In this document: positions 20,749-30,458 of the stretch, one piece after another | How positions within the stretch are numbered: the first letter of the stretch is position 1 | How the letters are laid out: each line of letters opens with the position of its first letter | Source of the DNA: Nitrososphaerota archaeon | GTDB taxonomy: Archaea > Thermoproteota > Nitrososphaeria > Nitrososphaerales > Nitrosopumilaceae | Assembly: GCA_028867755.1 (NCBI GenBank) | Contig: JAGWFT010000001.1 | Span: forward strand, 67,457 to 131,456 | DNA: 64,000 bases | Direction: 5' to 3' | The notes under the pieces: model-generated | Told to the model about the DNA's origin: nothing | Seen by the model: the letters and a program-made list of their open reading frames with translations, nothing else | Databases searched by the model: none | Translations under genes and position numbers: made by a program

Positions 20749-20890
20749 GAAGTGGGTATTTTTGATGTAGAATTTATTGTTATGGAATTTAGAAACAGAT
20801 AACTAAATTCTTATAACATAACTCAAAACTAACCAACAGTAAATTATTGACGATCTCTTGATCTATTTGCTATTTCGTCATCACAATTAC

Positions 20891-20950
20891 ATGAGATTCC
20901 AAGAATTGACTGATAGACAGTAGGCAAAATGGCATCTGGAAAAGATACTT
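20891..20950 (+). mobile_element. Possible heavily deleted IS5-family transposase relic
   Basis: ATG..MRFQELTDRQ* resembles the IS5 N-terminal LTDxQW motif. ggcatctggaaaagatactt reads GIWKKIL if one A is restored. No terminal repeats identified. Confidence 0.3.
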
Positions 20951-21019
20951 GTGGAAAGAGGCCTCTACTGAATCTGATATATGAGGGCTTGAAAGTAACT
21001 CATTATACACTTAACAATA

Positions 21020-21961
21020 TTAATTTATTAATTGACTCATGATATGTTTTATATCAATTTCCATTAGGTCTGATGTCGGATTTAGCCAATCATTAGAAAG
21101 TTGCCGTTTTAGAATAATTTTCTTCTTTAGATTGCAAGTGACACAAATTTCGGCAACAAGGGCATCACACGCAAGATTCTGACTTTTACTATCATCTATT
21201 ACTATCAATTTTTGAGTACTTTGCACATTATCAATTATCTTGCTCCAATTCGTGGGAGTAGCTGAAGTGACATTGAAAATAGATGTATCTATATTGCTTT
21301 TTTGCAATTCTTGATGTAAAAGCCAACCCTGAGGAAAGGAAAAGTTAAAACAAACTATTGTTGCATCTTTTCCCAAACTATATTGAAATACTGTATTATT
21401 GTCATTTGAATAATAAAGTTTCTCAGGTGATAATAGTTCTTCTTTGAATAGTCGTTGACTTACAGTAATTATCCTAAATCCTGGAGATACAAGTTCAGTT
21501 GAGATAATTTTTTCTGCTTCCCATTTGGTCATGATGGAGAATCCTGGGATTCTTGCTATGGAACAAAAATCAGGAAGGTTATTCAAACTTGATTGAGGTC
21601 CCTGATATCCATTATCTACCACAATCGGCATAATTGTGAAGGAAGAATTACTTCCCAGTTTCATGTTTCTAATGATATTATATGTGTTGACTAGGTGATC
21701 AATACCTAATAACAAAAAATCTAATTGTTTCATAAAAAATATGGAGGAAACGCCATTCATCATCATGCCAAATCCAAAACCGCACAAGGTGTTTTCTGAG
21801 TTTGTTGAATTAATTATCTTGCTACTAGGACGTACGGAGAGTCCTTTTGTCAATCCACCTAAACAAGAACCCGCACTGATGTTCTGACCAAATAATATAA
21901 GTTTATCATGCTTTGAAACCTCGTTTTTGAGTAGAGTATTCACAAACTCAAGGTATTTCAT
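21020..21961 (-). CDS. TPP-dependent enzyme beta subunit (E1-beta / transketolase C-terminal-like), divergent
   Basis: LFGQNI, SENTLCGFGFG, QLDFLLLGIDHLVN, GPQSS. ATGA-coupled to the alpha subunit. Confidence 0.75.
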   Translation of the reverse strand: MKYLEFVNTLLKNEVSKHDKLILFGQNISAGSCLGGLTKGLSVRPSSKIINSTNSENTLCGFGFGMMMNGVSSIFFMKQLDFLLLGIDHLVNTYNIIRNMKLGSNSSFTIMPIVVDNGYQGPQSSLNNLPDFCSIARIPGFSIMTKWEAEKIISTELVSPGFRIITVSQRLFKEELLSPEKLYYSNDNNTVFQYSLGKDATIVCFNFSFPQGWLLHQELQKSNIDTSIFNVTSATPTNWSKIIDNVQSTQKLIVIDDSKSQNLACDALVAEICVTCNLKKKIILKRQLSNDWLNPTSDLMEIDIKHIMSQLIN

Positions 21962-22884
21962 GTTGATATATCCTTCTTAATTTCATCACGTATCTCTCTC
22001 GACATTTCTTCCAAAACAGATGAATTAGCATGCTTATTCAGGACAAATATGGGATCTTCTTCACTTGTTTTTATTAACAATGGCCAATCTTTTAATTCAA
22101 CGGTAGGTGCTGGACCTGCATGATAATTAACAAATTTACCGTTTGGGTTTTCAGGAGTTTTCATAATCCAATCTCCCATGGTTGTTACCATAACTTCTAT
22201 ACAGACTGGCATGCCATCTAACGCTAATTTCCTTAATTTCTTTAGTTGTTCTATATACTCTATTGAATTGTTTCCTTCTAATCTTACATATTTAATGTTA
22301 TAGGAGGAAGTTAATTTTTCAAGATCAATAGGGCATCGCCTCTGATCTATACGAGTAGACATAGACCATTCATTGTTTTCAACAATCACAAATGCTCCAA
22401 GATTGAGACTCTTTAACATTAAAAGACTCTCGTGAAAGGTCCCTTCCTCTATAGAACCATCTCCCCCCAAGACAATTGTGATCCCATTCTGAGGAAGAAT
22501 TTTCTGTGCCATTGCCACACCTGTTGCGACTGAAAAATTATTTCCCAAAATACTAGAGCTGTAAATGATTCCTTTTTGAGAATTTATAACATTCATAGAT
22601 CCCAGTTTTCCCTCTGCAAGTCCTGAAGGTTTCAGAAAATATTCATCCAAGATAGGTTTCAATCTTCCATGTCTTGCCAAATTATAAGCGATGTTTCTAT
22701 GACTTAGAATTAGCTTATCATCGCCTTCCATGAAATGATTCATGGCAACTGCAATTGCCTCATGACCAAAGGCCAAATGAATTGGGATCTTGAATTTTCC
22801 AGCCTTGTATTCTTCATTTACAATCATTTGAGCCAATCTTAACCAAAGTATGTCATGAATAATTTTTTTATTATCTAGTCCCAT
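21958..22884 (-). CDS. TPP-dependent dehydrogenase E1 alpha-like subunit
   Basis: HLAFGHEA, SHRN, GSM and the TPP motif GDGSIEEG...ENNEWSMST. Confidence 0.88.
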   Translation of the reverse strand: MGLDNKKIIHDILWLRLAQMIVNEEYKAGKFKIPIHLAFGHEAIAVAMNHFMEGDDKLILSHRNIAYNLARHGRLKPILDEYFLKPSGLAEGKLGSMNVINSQKGIIYSSSILGNNFSVATGVAMAQKILPQNGITIVLGGDGSIEEGTFHESLLMLKSLNLGAFVIVENNEWSMSTRIDQRRCPIDLEKLTSSYNIKYVRLEGNNSIEYIEQLKKLRKLALDGMPVCIEVMVTTMGDWIMKTPENPNGKFVNYHAGPAPTVELKDWPLLIKTSEEDPIFVLNKHANSSVLEEMSREIRDEIKKDIST

Positions 22885-22893
22885 AGTAATCTA

Positions 22894-23775
22894 CTACACA
22901 AATGGTAAAACAGTCTTGAGTCCACTTTTCAAGTCTATTTCAGGGTTCCAATTTAACATTTTTTTTGCTTTGTTGTTTGAGGGGTTTCTTATGTTTATTT
23001 GAGAAGGATTTGTTTCTATTATCTTTACTGATTTCCCTAATAGATTCTGACTTGTTTCAATTATATCATGTAATGTGATTAATTTGTTACCAGTCAAATT
23101 CAGTATGTTAAATCCACTCAAGCCAATTGATTTCTTTATTCCTCCTGCAATATCAGATACATGAATAAAACGCCTGCCGTTTTTGAGAGATCCTACCTTG
23201 ATTTCTGATTGGTTTTTTACAGAACTCATCAATGACTCTACTGCCGCCCAGTTATTTTTTCGAGGTCCATATATAATACCAAAACGCAAAATTGTTACTG
23301 GACAAAATCCCTGTTCATATTTCTGGCGCAAGTTTGTCTCACTTACTAATTTTGAAAGTGCGTATTCAGAATGATGATTGGCTATGTTTATGAAAGCATG
23401 TTCATCTTTGATTTCATCTTCTTTAAATTCGTCATATACCCATTCGCTAGATGCGAAGATGAATTGTTTGACTTTTTTCATTGATACCGCATTAATCAGA
23501 TTTAGAGTACCCATGACGTTGACATCAAAGCATTCGTATGGCCTACCTCTACAATCTGCATCTCTAGATAATGCAGCCAAATGAATTAGTACATCAGCTT
23601 CTTGAGGAATGACTTGATGAATTTGTGGATTTCTGATATCTACTTGATGAAATTCATAACCACCTGATTTTATATTGGCAGAATCGAAACCAATTATTTC
23701 AAAATTACTATCCTTTAATTGTGAAATTAATTCTTTGCCAACAAAGCTTTCTGATCCAGTTATAACTATTTTCAT
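22894..23775 (-). CDS. NAD-dependent epimerase/dehydratase
   Basis: VITGSESFVG, HLAA, ASSEWVY, YALSK, LRFGIIYGP. Confidence 0.88.
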   Translation of the reverse strand: MKIVITGSESFVGKELISQLKDSNFEIIGFDSANIKSGGYEFHQVDIRNPQIHQVIPQEADVLIHLAALSRDADCRGRPYECFDVNVMGTLNLINAVSMKKVKQFIFASSEWVYDEFKEDEIKDEHAFINIANHHSEYALSKLVSETNLRQKYEQGFCPVTILRFGIIYGPRKNNWAAVESLMSSVKNQSEIKVGSLKNGRRFIHVSDIAGGIKKSIGLSGFNILNLTGNKLITLHDIIETSQNLLGKSVKIIETNPSQINIRNPSNNKAKKMLNWNPEIDLKSGLKTVLPFV

Positions 23776-23893
23776 GTTTTTTATTACCTATTAATTATAC
23801 TACATATCAACCTTTAGAGAAACTGGCTTTCACTAGAGTTGTTCGATAGTGGATCGATGACGACAAGTAAACAATTGACAAACAAAGGGCCAA

Positions 23894-24400
23894 TTAAAAT
23901 CTGAAATAATTAAAATATTGAAGAAATATGTTTCCGAGGTAAATGGCAACTAGTGAATGAATAGATCTTGCTATTCCCATTGAGATCACAAATTTCTTAA
24001 AATCATATTTTTTAATTCCTGCAATTATTGTCACAACTTCTGTCAATACGGGTATCAAATTTAAAATAAAGATTATAGTCCAACCGTGTTTGTTTAACCA
24101 ACCAGAACTTTTTTCAAAATGTTTATTTTCATGTGTTTTTTTTAATAATTTGTAAAATTTTTTACCATCATATCCTATAAAATAGGATAAAATTCCACCC
24201 CCTATTGCTCCGACAGTCATAACAAGAAATACTGTTGATGTTTCTTCACCATCTAAAAGAAGGGCTGTTGATGTAATTACAACTGGAATGGGAATAAACG
24301 AAGAAAAGACCGAATTAAGAAATAGACCAAGCAATCCGTATTTTACAAATATGGGATTTTCAAGGATAGGTTTTAGCAGGTCAATCAACATGGTTGTCAA
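23894..24400 (-). CDS. DedA/VTT-family membrane protein
   Basis: GAIGGGILSYFIG, F...G...IFILNLIP...IIAG...FKKF pattern. Confidence 0.8.
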   Translation of the reverse strand: MTTMLIDLLKPILENPIFVKYGLLGLFLNSVFSSFIPIPVVITSTALLLDGEETSTVFLVMTVGAIGGGILSYFIGYDGKKFYKLLKKTHENKHFEKSSGWLNKHGWTIIFILNLIPVLTEVVTIIAGIKKYDFKKFVISMGIARSIHSLVAIYLGNIFLQYFNYFRF

Positions 24401-24508
24401 GAATATTTTCCTAAATATTAGGGCTCAGTTACACGAAATAATCGCTTGAAAACATGTTCTCGATGCATAAAAATGAAGCCACAATCAGAGAGATTAAAAC
24501 GTTCATTT

Positions 24509-25246
24509 TTAAAAATTTATTTTCTTGAAAATTTTCCATGGAATAAAAGGTAAAAGTAATTTAACTAATTTCCATTTTTTGGGGTACGCCATAGTTCCAA
24601 AATCTCTAAACCTATTTGAATAAACTACATCGGATAATTTCTTTACGTCTATACGCCTGAAAAAAACTTGGTCTTGACCCCCAAAAGAAAGATTAGTATC
24701 AAGATAACCCAAAACATAGAATTGAATTATTACATTAGAATTTTGCATATGATGTCTTAGACTTTCGAAAAAACTTTCTAATCCCCTTTTTGATGCAGCA
24801 TAAGTTACATTTCTACTTCTACCTCTGATTGCAGCAACACTACCAAAACCTATAATCACAGATTTTCTTTCTTTTAGTGAATTCAAAAAATGATTTATTA
24901 TTAGACATACGCATATTAGATTGGTATTAAAAATTTCAATTGCTGTGGTATCATCTAGTCCTGGAACATCATTGATATCTGAATATCCAACGGGAAAAAG
25001 TATGCCTTCTAATGGAGATATATGGTTTAGTGATTGAATAATTTTAGTAAAATCTACAGATATTTTCTTTAAAGATAGTTCAATAGGTATAACTTTCACT
25101 TTAAACCTAATTTCTAAATCAGATTTTAATGGAATTAAATCCCTCATATCGGATGAAATTAAAATTAAATCATTTTTCTCTGAAGCAAATTTTTCTGCAA
25201 GGGATCTCCCTAATCCTGCAGATGCACCTACAATAATGAATGTCAT
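24509..25246 (-). CDS. dprE2: SDR, decaprenylphosphoryl-2-keto-ribose reductase-like
   Basis: GASAGLG; SVAAIRGRSRNVTYAASK resembles the DprE2 active-site segment. ATGA-coupled to dprE1. Confidence 0.75.
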   Translation of the reverse strand: MTFIIVGASAGLGRSLAEKFASEKNDLILISSDMRDLIPLKSDLEIRFKVKVIPIELSLKKISVDFTKIIQSLNHISPLEGILFPVGYSDINDVPGLDDTTAIEIFNTNLICVCLIINHFLNSLKERKSVIIGFGSVAAIRGRSRNVTYAASKRGLESFFESLRHHMQNSNVIIQFYVLGYLDTNLSFGGQDQVFFRRIDVKKLSDVVYSNRFRDFGTMAYPKKWKLVKLLLPFIPWKIFKKINF

Positions 25247-26559
25247 AAATTCAGTTGTTCAGAAAGGTAAGATTTAAAAATTCTATCCGGATCAATTTTT
25301 TTTAGAAGATTTTTAAATTCCTCATACTGAGGATAACACTTTTCAACAATATTCTTTGGTAGTCTTGAGTCTTTTATAATGTAAGGAAGTGCCTTGTAAG
25401 ACATTACTAGTTCGTCAATTTTAGATAGAAAGTGGCTAGTTGAAGGTGAATTTTTAAAGTTCAAAGTGATCGAGAGACCATCTCTACAATATTGAAGAAA
25501 TTTCTGTTCGCCTCTAAAGGGTTTTAGGCCCATGAGATGTAAATCAGGTTTTTCCTTTCTAATTAAACTAGTAAGATCATGAATGAAATCCCTTATGTTA
25601 TTTTTAGAGACAAGGATCTGACATTCCCTAAATCCTTTTTTTCCATAAAGTACAAAATACCATTGTGTTGAAAATGTAAATGGAAAAAAATTATTGAAAA
25701 TGTCTTTTTCTATTTTATTTTGACTTGTTTCGATGTTTCTATTAATAGAATTGAACAACGGAATGGTGAATTTTCCCCAAAAGGATATTGGGATCTGAAT
25801 TTTTTTAATAGTTGTTTTTTTTGGAACTATCAAATTGTTGCCAAGAAATCCTTCTGAAAATGACCCTATTTGTACGACTCCTTTCTCAAAATTCTTCAAT
25901 ATTGACCCATTGTGCCATGCATAAAGTATCTCCGAATTGGGATTTCTTTCAAATATTTCCGCAGATTCTATCATGGAATCTACTTTCCTTGGTTCAACAG
26001 TGATTCTGTCAGAAGGTAAATCTCGAAGTTGAATCTTTACTTTTGTTATGATACCAGTCAATCCCAAACCGCCAAAAGTAGCTTCAAAAAGTTCTGATTT
26101 TGATTCTAGTATTCTTGATCCATTTTTAGGATGAAATAGCTCTATCCAGATAACATGTTCTTTGAATGATCCATATTTGTGAGGATTCTTACCATGAACA
26201 TTTGCTGCTACACAGCCTCCTATCGTTATGTCTGGATATCCCGGTTGTACTGGCAGATATAATTTCTCAGTAAAGCTCCATTCCAATAACTTTTTGAGTG
26301 TAATTCCAGATTCAACAACCACAGTCTTCTGTTTTACATCGAATTCCAGTATCCGATTAAAGGGAGATAATTCTCTAACCAGAGTATCTTGTCCAAAGCT
26401 TGCTGGAACATAAGACAATCCAGAACCTCGAGGAATTTGAAACGTTGTAATGCTTTCTTCAAGCATTCTTGTTCTGTCTGGTTTTTGATGTAGTGTAGTA
26501 ATAGAAACTGTTTTATCAAAACTGGTAAAAGTTGTATTTTTTGTATAAGGTATTTTCAT
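25243..26559 (-). CDS. dprE1: FAD-linked oxidoreductase, decaprenylphosphoryl-ribose 2-oxidase-like
   Basis: PRGSGLSY, PG...ITIGGCVAANVHGKN...GSF, GGLGLTGII and KDSR motifs. Confidence 0.88.
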   Translation of the reverse strand: MKIPYTKNTTFTSFDKTVSITTLHQKPDRTRMLEESITTFQIPRGSGLSYVPASFGQDTLVRELSPFNRILEFDVKQKTVVVESGITLKKLLEWSFTEKLYLPVQPGYPDITIGGCVAANVHGKNPHKYGSFKEHVIWIELFHPKNGSRILESKSELFEATFGGLGLTGIITKVKIQLRDLPSDRITVEPRKVDSMIESAEIFERNPNSEILYAWHNGSILKNFEKGVVQIGSFSEGFLGNNLIVPKKTTIKKIQIPISFWGKFTIPLFNSINRNIETSQNKIEKDIFNNFFPFTFSTQWYFVLYGKKGFRECQILVSKNNIRDFIHDLTSLIRKEKPDLHLMGLKPFRGEQKFLQYCRDGLSITLNFKNSPSTSHFLSKIDELVMSYKALPYIIKDSRLPKNIVEKCYPQYEEFKNLLKKIDPDRIFKSYLSEQLNL

Positions 26560-26730
26560 AAATTACTTCTAAAATTTCTCTATTTATTATATTAACATTA
26601 GTATTAAATTGGTTATCAAAAATCATTCTTCAGGCATGTTTTTTTCAAAAATAAATCAGCAGAAAGTTTATTGATAGCAAATACCAGCCAAAATTTCTTG
26701 GCAATAACATATTTATCGTAAAGCGAATTT

Positions 26731-27162
26731 CTAGCTCTTCCAAGCAATTTTTTTTTGAGTAATATAATTAAAAAAGAATGCAGTTATAATTGCTATAAAC
26801 TCACTAATATAATAGGGGAATCCAATTTTTTCTGTAAAAAAAACCAATACTAACTCATTTACTCCCAATCCCAAAACAGCAAATGAATTGTATTTAATAA
26901 AACGAATTATTCCTCTTGTGCTTCTTGGTACGTCAGCAAATGTCCACCTATCATGTGCTACATAAGTCCATATTTGTGTAATTTCAAAAGCAAGTGCTAC
27001 TGAAATTACATAATAAACATGTAGAATAGACGTAAACAAAACTGTGATGAAGAAGACACTACTTGCTGAACCTGTTGCTACAAGTAAATATTTGAAAAGG
27101 ATGGGATTCATTATGTATTCGCGCAAAGTACCTATGATATCCATGCTACGTATTTTGTTCAT
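26731..27162 (-). CDS. GtrA-family small flippase-like protein
   Basis: Four TMs, KYLLVA, HDRWTF, RFIKY, FNYITQKKIAW. Directly upstream of dprE1. Confidence 0.85.
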   Translation of the reverse strand: MNKIRSMDIIGTLREYIMNPILFKYLLVATGSASSVFFITVLFTSILHVYYVISVALAFEITQIWTYVAHDRWTFADVPRSTRGIIRFIKYNSFAVLGLGVNELVLVFFTEKIGFPYYISEFIAIITAFFFNYITQKKIAWKS

Positions 27163-27369
27163 TTGTTTATAAACTATAATTGAGTATTACAAAATTGCGA
27201 CTGAATTTATAAACTAGTTCTAAACTGAAGCGATGAGTGTAAATCACGGAATTATGGAATTATTTGAGAGGAATTTGTGTGATTTGCTTTTACTAAAGAC
27301 GTTCATAATCCATAGTTAAAGATTGGAGAAGAATCACAAGTCTTCCTGAATTCTGGTAGCTAATAGTGA

Positions 27370-27915
27370 TTACATTTCATAGAGTCCTTCTTTGAATAGA
27401 GGATGAGATTTGTCCTTCTCCGATATTACAGTAGGTTCCAATGGCCAGTCTATTTTAAAGGCTGGATCATTCCACCTTATTCCTTGTTCATATTGTAGAT
27501 TGTACACTTGAGAAACCTGATAGGTCAATTCTACATCATCTACCAATGTTTGAAAACCCGCAGCAAACCCTTCTGGAGCATAGAGCATCTTGTAATTGTC
27601 AGCGCTTAGTTCTACTCCAATCCATTGTTTGTAGGTTTCAGATTTTGAGCGCAAATCAATGATAACATCATATATCCTCCCTCTAACACACCTAAGAAAT
27701 TTTGCTTCTTGATATGGAGGCAATTGAAAATGCATTCCTCGTATGGTACCTTTGTTTTTACTACAGGAAATGTTACATTGTAGAACGTTTGGATTCAGAC
27801 CATGTTTTCTAAATACCTCACTATCAAATGATCTAGCAAAGAAACCTCTTTCGTCCTGCTTCTTTTCTGGTTCAATAATGTATGCACCCTTTAACTTTGT
27901 TTCAGTAAAAATCAT
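27370..27915 (-). CDS. rfbC: NDP-4-keto-6-deoxyhexose 3,5-epimerase (RmlC family)
   Basis: DERGFFAR, GTIRGMHFQ, DLRSKS, PEGFA, GIRWNDP. Confidence 0.93.
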   Translation of the reverse strand: MIFTETKLKGAYIIEPEKKQDERGFFARSFDSEVFRKHGLNPNVLQCNISCSKNKGTIRGMHFQLPPYQEAKFLRCVRGRIYDVIIDLRSKSETYKQWIGVELSADNYKMLYAPEGFAAGFQTLVDDVELTYQVSQVYNLQYEQGIRWNDPAFKIDWPLEPTVISEKDKSHPLFKEGLYEM

Positions 27916-28008
27916 TTCTCTTATACCTCTCCAAGAATCTAATTTAAAGTGTTACGAATTAGTTAGTGGATTTCTTGATACTTTTTGATTAGATGAGTGT
28001 AAAAAGAA

Positions 28009-28788
28009 TCATTTCCAAACCTTCCAATATGCCTTACCAGAATTCCAGAGGTCTTCAAGTCTTTGCTTGTCCCTTAGAGTATCTAATGGTTGGTACAGTC
28101 CATCGTATTTGTAGGCAGAAAGTTGCCCCTCTTTGATAAGATTGTTTAATGGTTCATGCTCAAAAAAAGTCGAATCATCATGGATATAATCTAGAACCTT
28201 TGGTTCCAAGACAAAATATCCTCCGTTTATCCAAGTATCATTTTCTAGTGGCTTTTCTTTCAAGCTGGTTACTTTGTCTCCATCGATATTGACTACGCCA
28301 AACCTGTCTGGATTTCTAGCTACTGTGATCGTAGCTAATCTCTTCCTTTCTCTATGAAATTGAATCAAACCAGTGATATTAACATTCTTCAAGTCATCCC
28401 CATATGTTAAACAGAAAGTGTCGTCTTCGACATATTTTTTTATCCGTTTTAGTCTCCCTCCCGTCATAGTTTCTAGACCTGTATCAACTAATGTTACATT
28501 CCATGATTCCACATGCTTGTCATGTATTTCCATTTTATTTTGCTTCACATTGATTGTAACGTCAGCCATATTTAGAAAATAGTTGGCAAAATATTCCTTG
28601 ATCATGTTTCCTTTGTAGCCGCAACAGATGACAAAATCATTGATTCCATGTGAAGAATATATCTTCATAATATGCCAGATAACTGGCATCTCTCCAATCT
28701 CAATTAATGGTTTTGGTATGTTATATGTTACTTCCCCAATTCTTGTTCCTCGTCCTCCGGCTAGAATAACAGTTTTCAATAACTTCAA
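28009..28788 (-). CDS. rfbF: Glucose-1-phosphate cytidylyltransferase
   Basis: ILAGGRGTRI, PKPLIEIG..P..WHIMK, CGYKG, VDTGLETMTGGRLKR, LTYGD, WINGGYFV. Confidence 0.9.
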   Translation of the reverse strand: MKLLKTVILAGGRGTRIGEVTYNIPKPLIEIGEMPVIWHIMKIYSSHGINDFVICCGYKGNMIKEYFANYFLNMADVTINVKQNKMEIHDKHVESWNVTLVDTGLETMTGGRLKRIKKYVEDDTFCLTYGDDLKNVNITGLIQFHRERKRLATITVARNPDRFGVVNIDGDKVTSLKEKPLENDTWINGGYFVLEPKVLDYIHDDSTFFEHEPLNNLIKEGQLSAYKYDGLYQPLDTLRDKQRLEDLWNSGKAYWKVWK

Positions 28789-28841
28789 TCAAACTGTAAT
28801 TAACAAATATTTAAATCAAGATCAATTAATGACTCATTCGT

Positions 28842-29735
28842 TTGTTATCTAAAATGTTAATCATTGGTGGTAGTGGCCTTGTTGGAAGTACCCTTGTATC
28901 TTATGCCATTCCAGATTATGATCTTCATGTTACAACAAATAAAAGTGAATTAAAGCAGAATAATGTTGCAGTCACTAAAGTTGATCTGCTGAAAAATAGA
29001 GAGAAAATAATTGATTTGATAACAAAATTAAACCCTCACGTTGTTGTTAACACAGCAGCGCATGCCAGCGTAGATTTGTGCGAAACTGATCATGCTAGCG
29101 CGGAGTTGCTACACGTTGATGTAACCAAGGATATAGCTATCACATGTAGAAAAACTGGTTCCAAATTAATTCATTTCTCAACCGATTTTGTATTTGAGGG
29201 ATCATCAAATAAAAAATATACAGAAACTGATATTCCTAAACCAGTAAACTATTATGGTAAGACTAGGCTGTCAGCAGAAAAAATAGTCCTAAATGAATCT
29301 GAAAATAATGTGGTGCTAAGACCAGCTGTAATATATGGCTGGCATGAAAAATCACGTTTTACCAACTGGATAATAGAGTCATTACGGCAAAACAAGGTTG
29401 TTGATCCACACCTAGACCAATATAACACACCCACTCTGGTTGACGATTTATGTAAGGCTATACTTCAAATAATCAAACTCAACAAATCAGGTCTCTACCA
29501 CGCAACAGGAAAAACATGTTTATCTCGTTATGAATTTGCCCAAGCACTGGCAGACGGATTTAGCTTGGACAAAAATTTTATAAAACCTGTAACATCACAA
29601 GAAAAAAAACAACTTGCCCCACGCCCATTTCGTACATGCTTGGATTCAAGTAAACTAGAAAGAGAAATAGAATTTGAATTCTCCGATATCAAAACTGGAG
29701 TTTCCTATATTTTCAACAAATCAAAAGAAAGATAA
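28842..29735 (+). CDS. rfbD: NDP-4-dehydrorhamnose reductase-like (RmlD family)
   Basis: GGSGLVG, STDFVFEG, YTETDIPKPVNYYGKTR, PRP..TCLD. Confidence 0.8.
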   Translation: MLSKMLIIGGSGLVGSTLVSYAIPDYDLHVTTNKSELKQNNVAVTKVDLLKNREKIIDLITKLNPHVVVNTAAHASVDLCETDHASAELLHVDVTKDIAITCRKTGSKLIHFSTDFVFEGSSNKKYTETDIPKPVNYYGKTRLSAEKIVLNESENNVVLRPAVIYGWHEKSRFTNWIIESLRQNKVVDPHLDQYNTPTLVDDLCKAILQIIKLNKSGLYHATGKTCLSRYEFAQALADGFSLDKNFIKPVTSQEKKQLAPRPFRTCLDSSKLEREIEFEFSDIKTGVSYIFNKSKER

Positions 29736-29861
29736 GGATATGTCATTCTGAAATTTGCTCACGGTTACAAAGGACAAGTTCGACAATTTAGATGTAAAAA
29801 TTGGTTCCAAGTATAATGATATGAAATGTTAAACTTATATAATTTTAACAAATAGGATGAC

Positions 29862-30458
29862 TTGATGTCTAGTACACAAAATAAAGTAGATTCTTTTCTA
29901 AGGGAACAAGAGTTGGTTTACGATAAGATTACAAGCAAAACAGATGTGATAACAAAAATTATTGATATACTAACTAAGGCACGGGATGACGAAAATAAAA
30001 TTTTTACCATGGGTAATGGCGGATCAGCATCTACAGCATCTCATTTTGTATCAGACTTGTTGAAGACATCAATTACAAAAGGAAACAAACGCTTTAAAGC
30101 TATTTCGCTAGTAGATAATGTTCCCGTGACACTTGCTTGGGCAAACGATGTTTCTTACGAAGACATATTTGTAGAACAAGTAAAGAACTTTTTTGATAAA
30201 GATGATATCATAATTGGATTTAGCGGTAGTGGAAAATCAAAGAATGTCATCAAGGCAATGAAATATGCAAAAGAAAGTGGGGGACGATGTATAGGTTTTA
30301 CTGGAATGTCCGGAGGAGAATTTCCAAAAATTTGTGACATTTGTTTTGTGGTACCAAGCAATGACATGCTTGTAATAGAGTCTGTACATGTAGCGTTATG
30401 TCACTGCATTGTTTCTGCAATCAGAAATCTTGGAAAGCCTCAATTCACATATGAATAA
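29862..30458 (+). CDS. gmhA: Phosphoheptose isomerase (SIS)
   Basis: GNGGSASTASHF, AWANDVSYEDIF, FSGSGKSKNVIKA, ESVH...CH. Confidence 0.88.
   Translation: MMSSTQNKVDSFLREQELVYDKITSKTDVITKIIDILTKARDDENKIFTMGNGGSASTASHFVSDLLKTSITKGNKRFKAISLVDNVPVTLAWANDVSYEDIFVEQVKNFFDKDDIIIGFSGSGKSKNVIKAMKYAKESGGRCIGFTGMSGGEFPKICDICFVVPSNDMLVIESVHVALCHCIVSAIRNLGKPQFTYE

Noticed and set aside
21020-22884. Pyruvate dehydrogenase of central metabolism
   Set aside because: No E2/E3 nearby, a divergent beta subunit, and coupling to an NDP-sugar SDR within a glycan island.
15151-26756. A9/T9 homopolymers in the GT-C (15151-15159) and gtrA (26748-26756) as phase-variation tracts
   Set aside because: Runs of 8-9 A/T are expected in such AT-rich DNA, and both genes are in frame.
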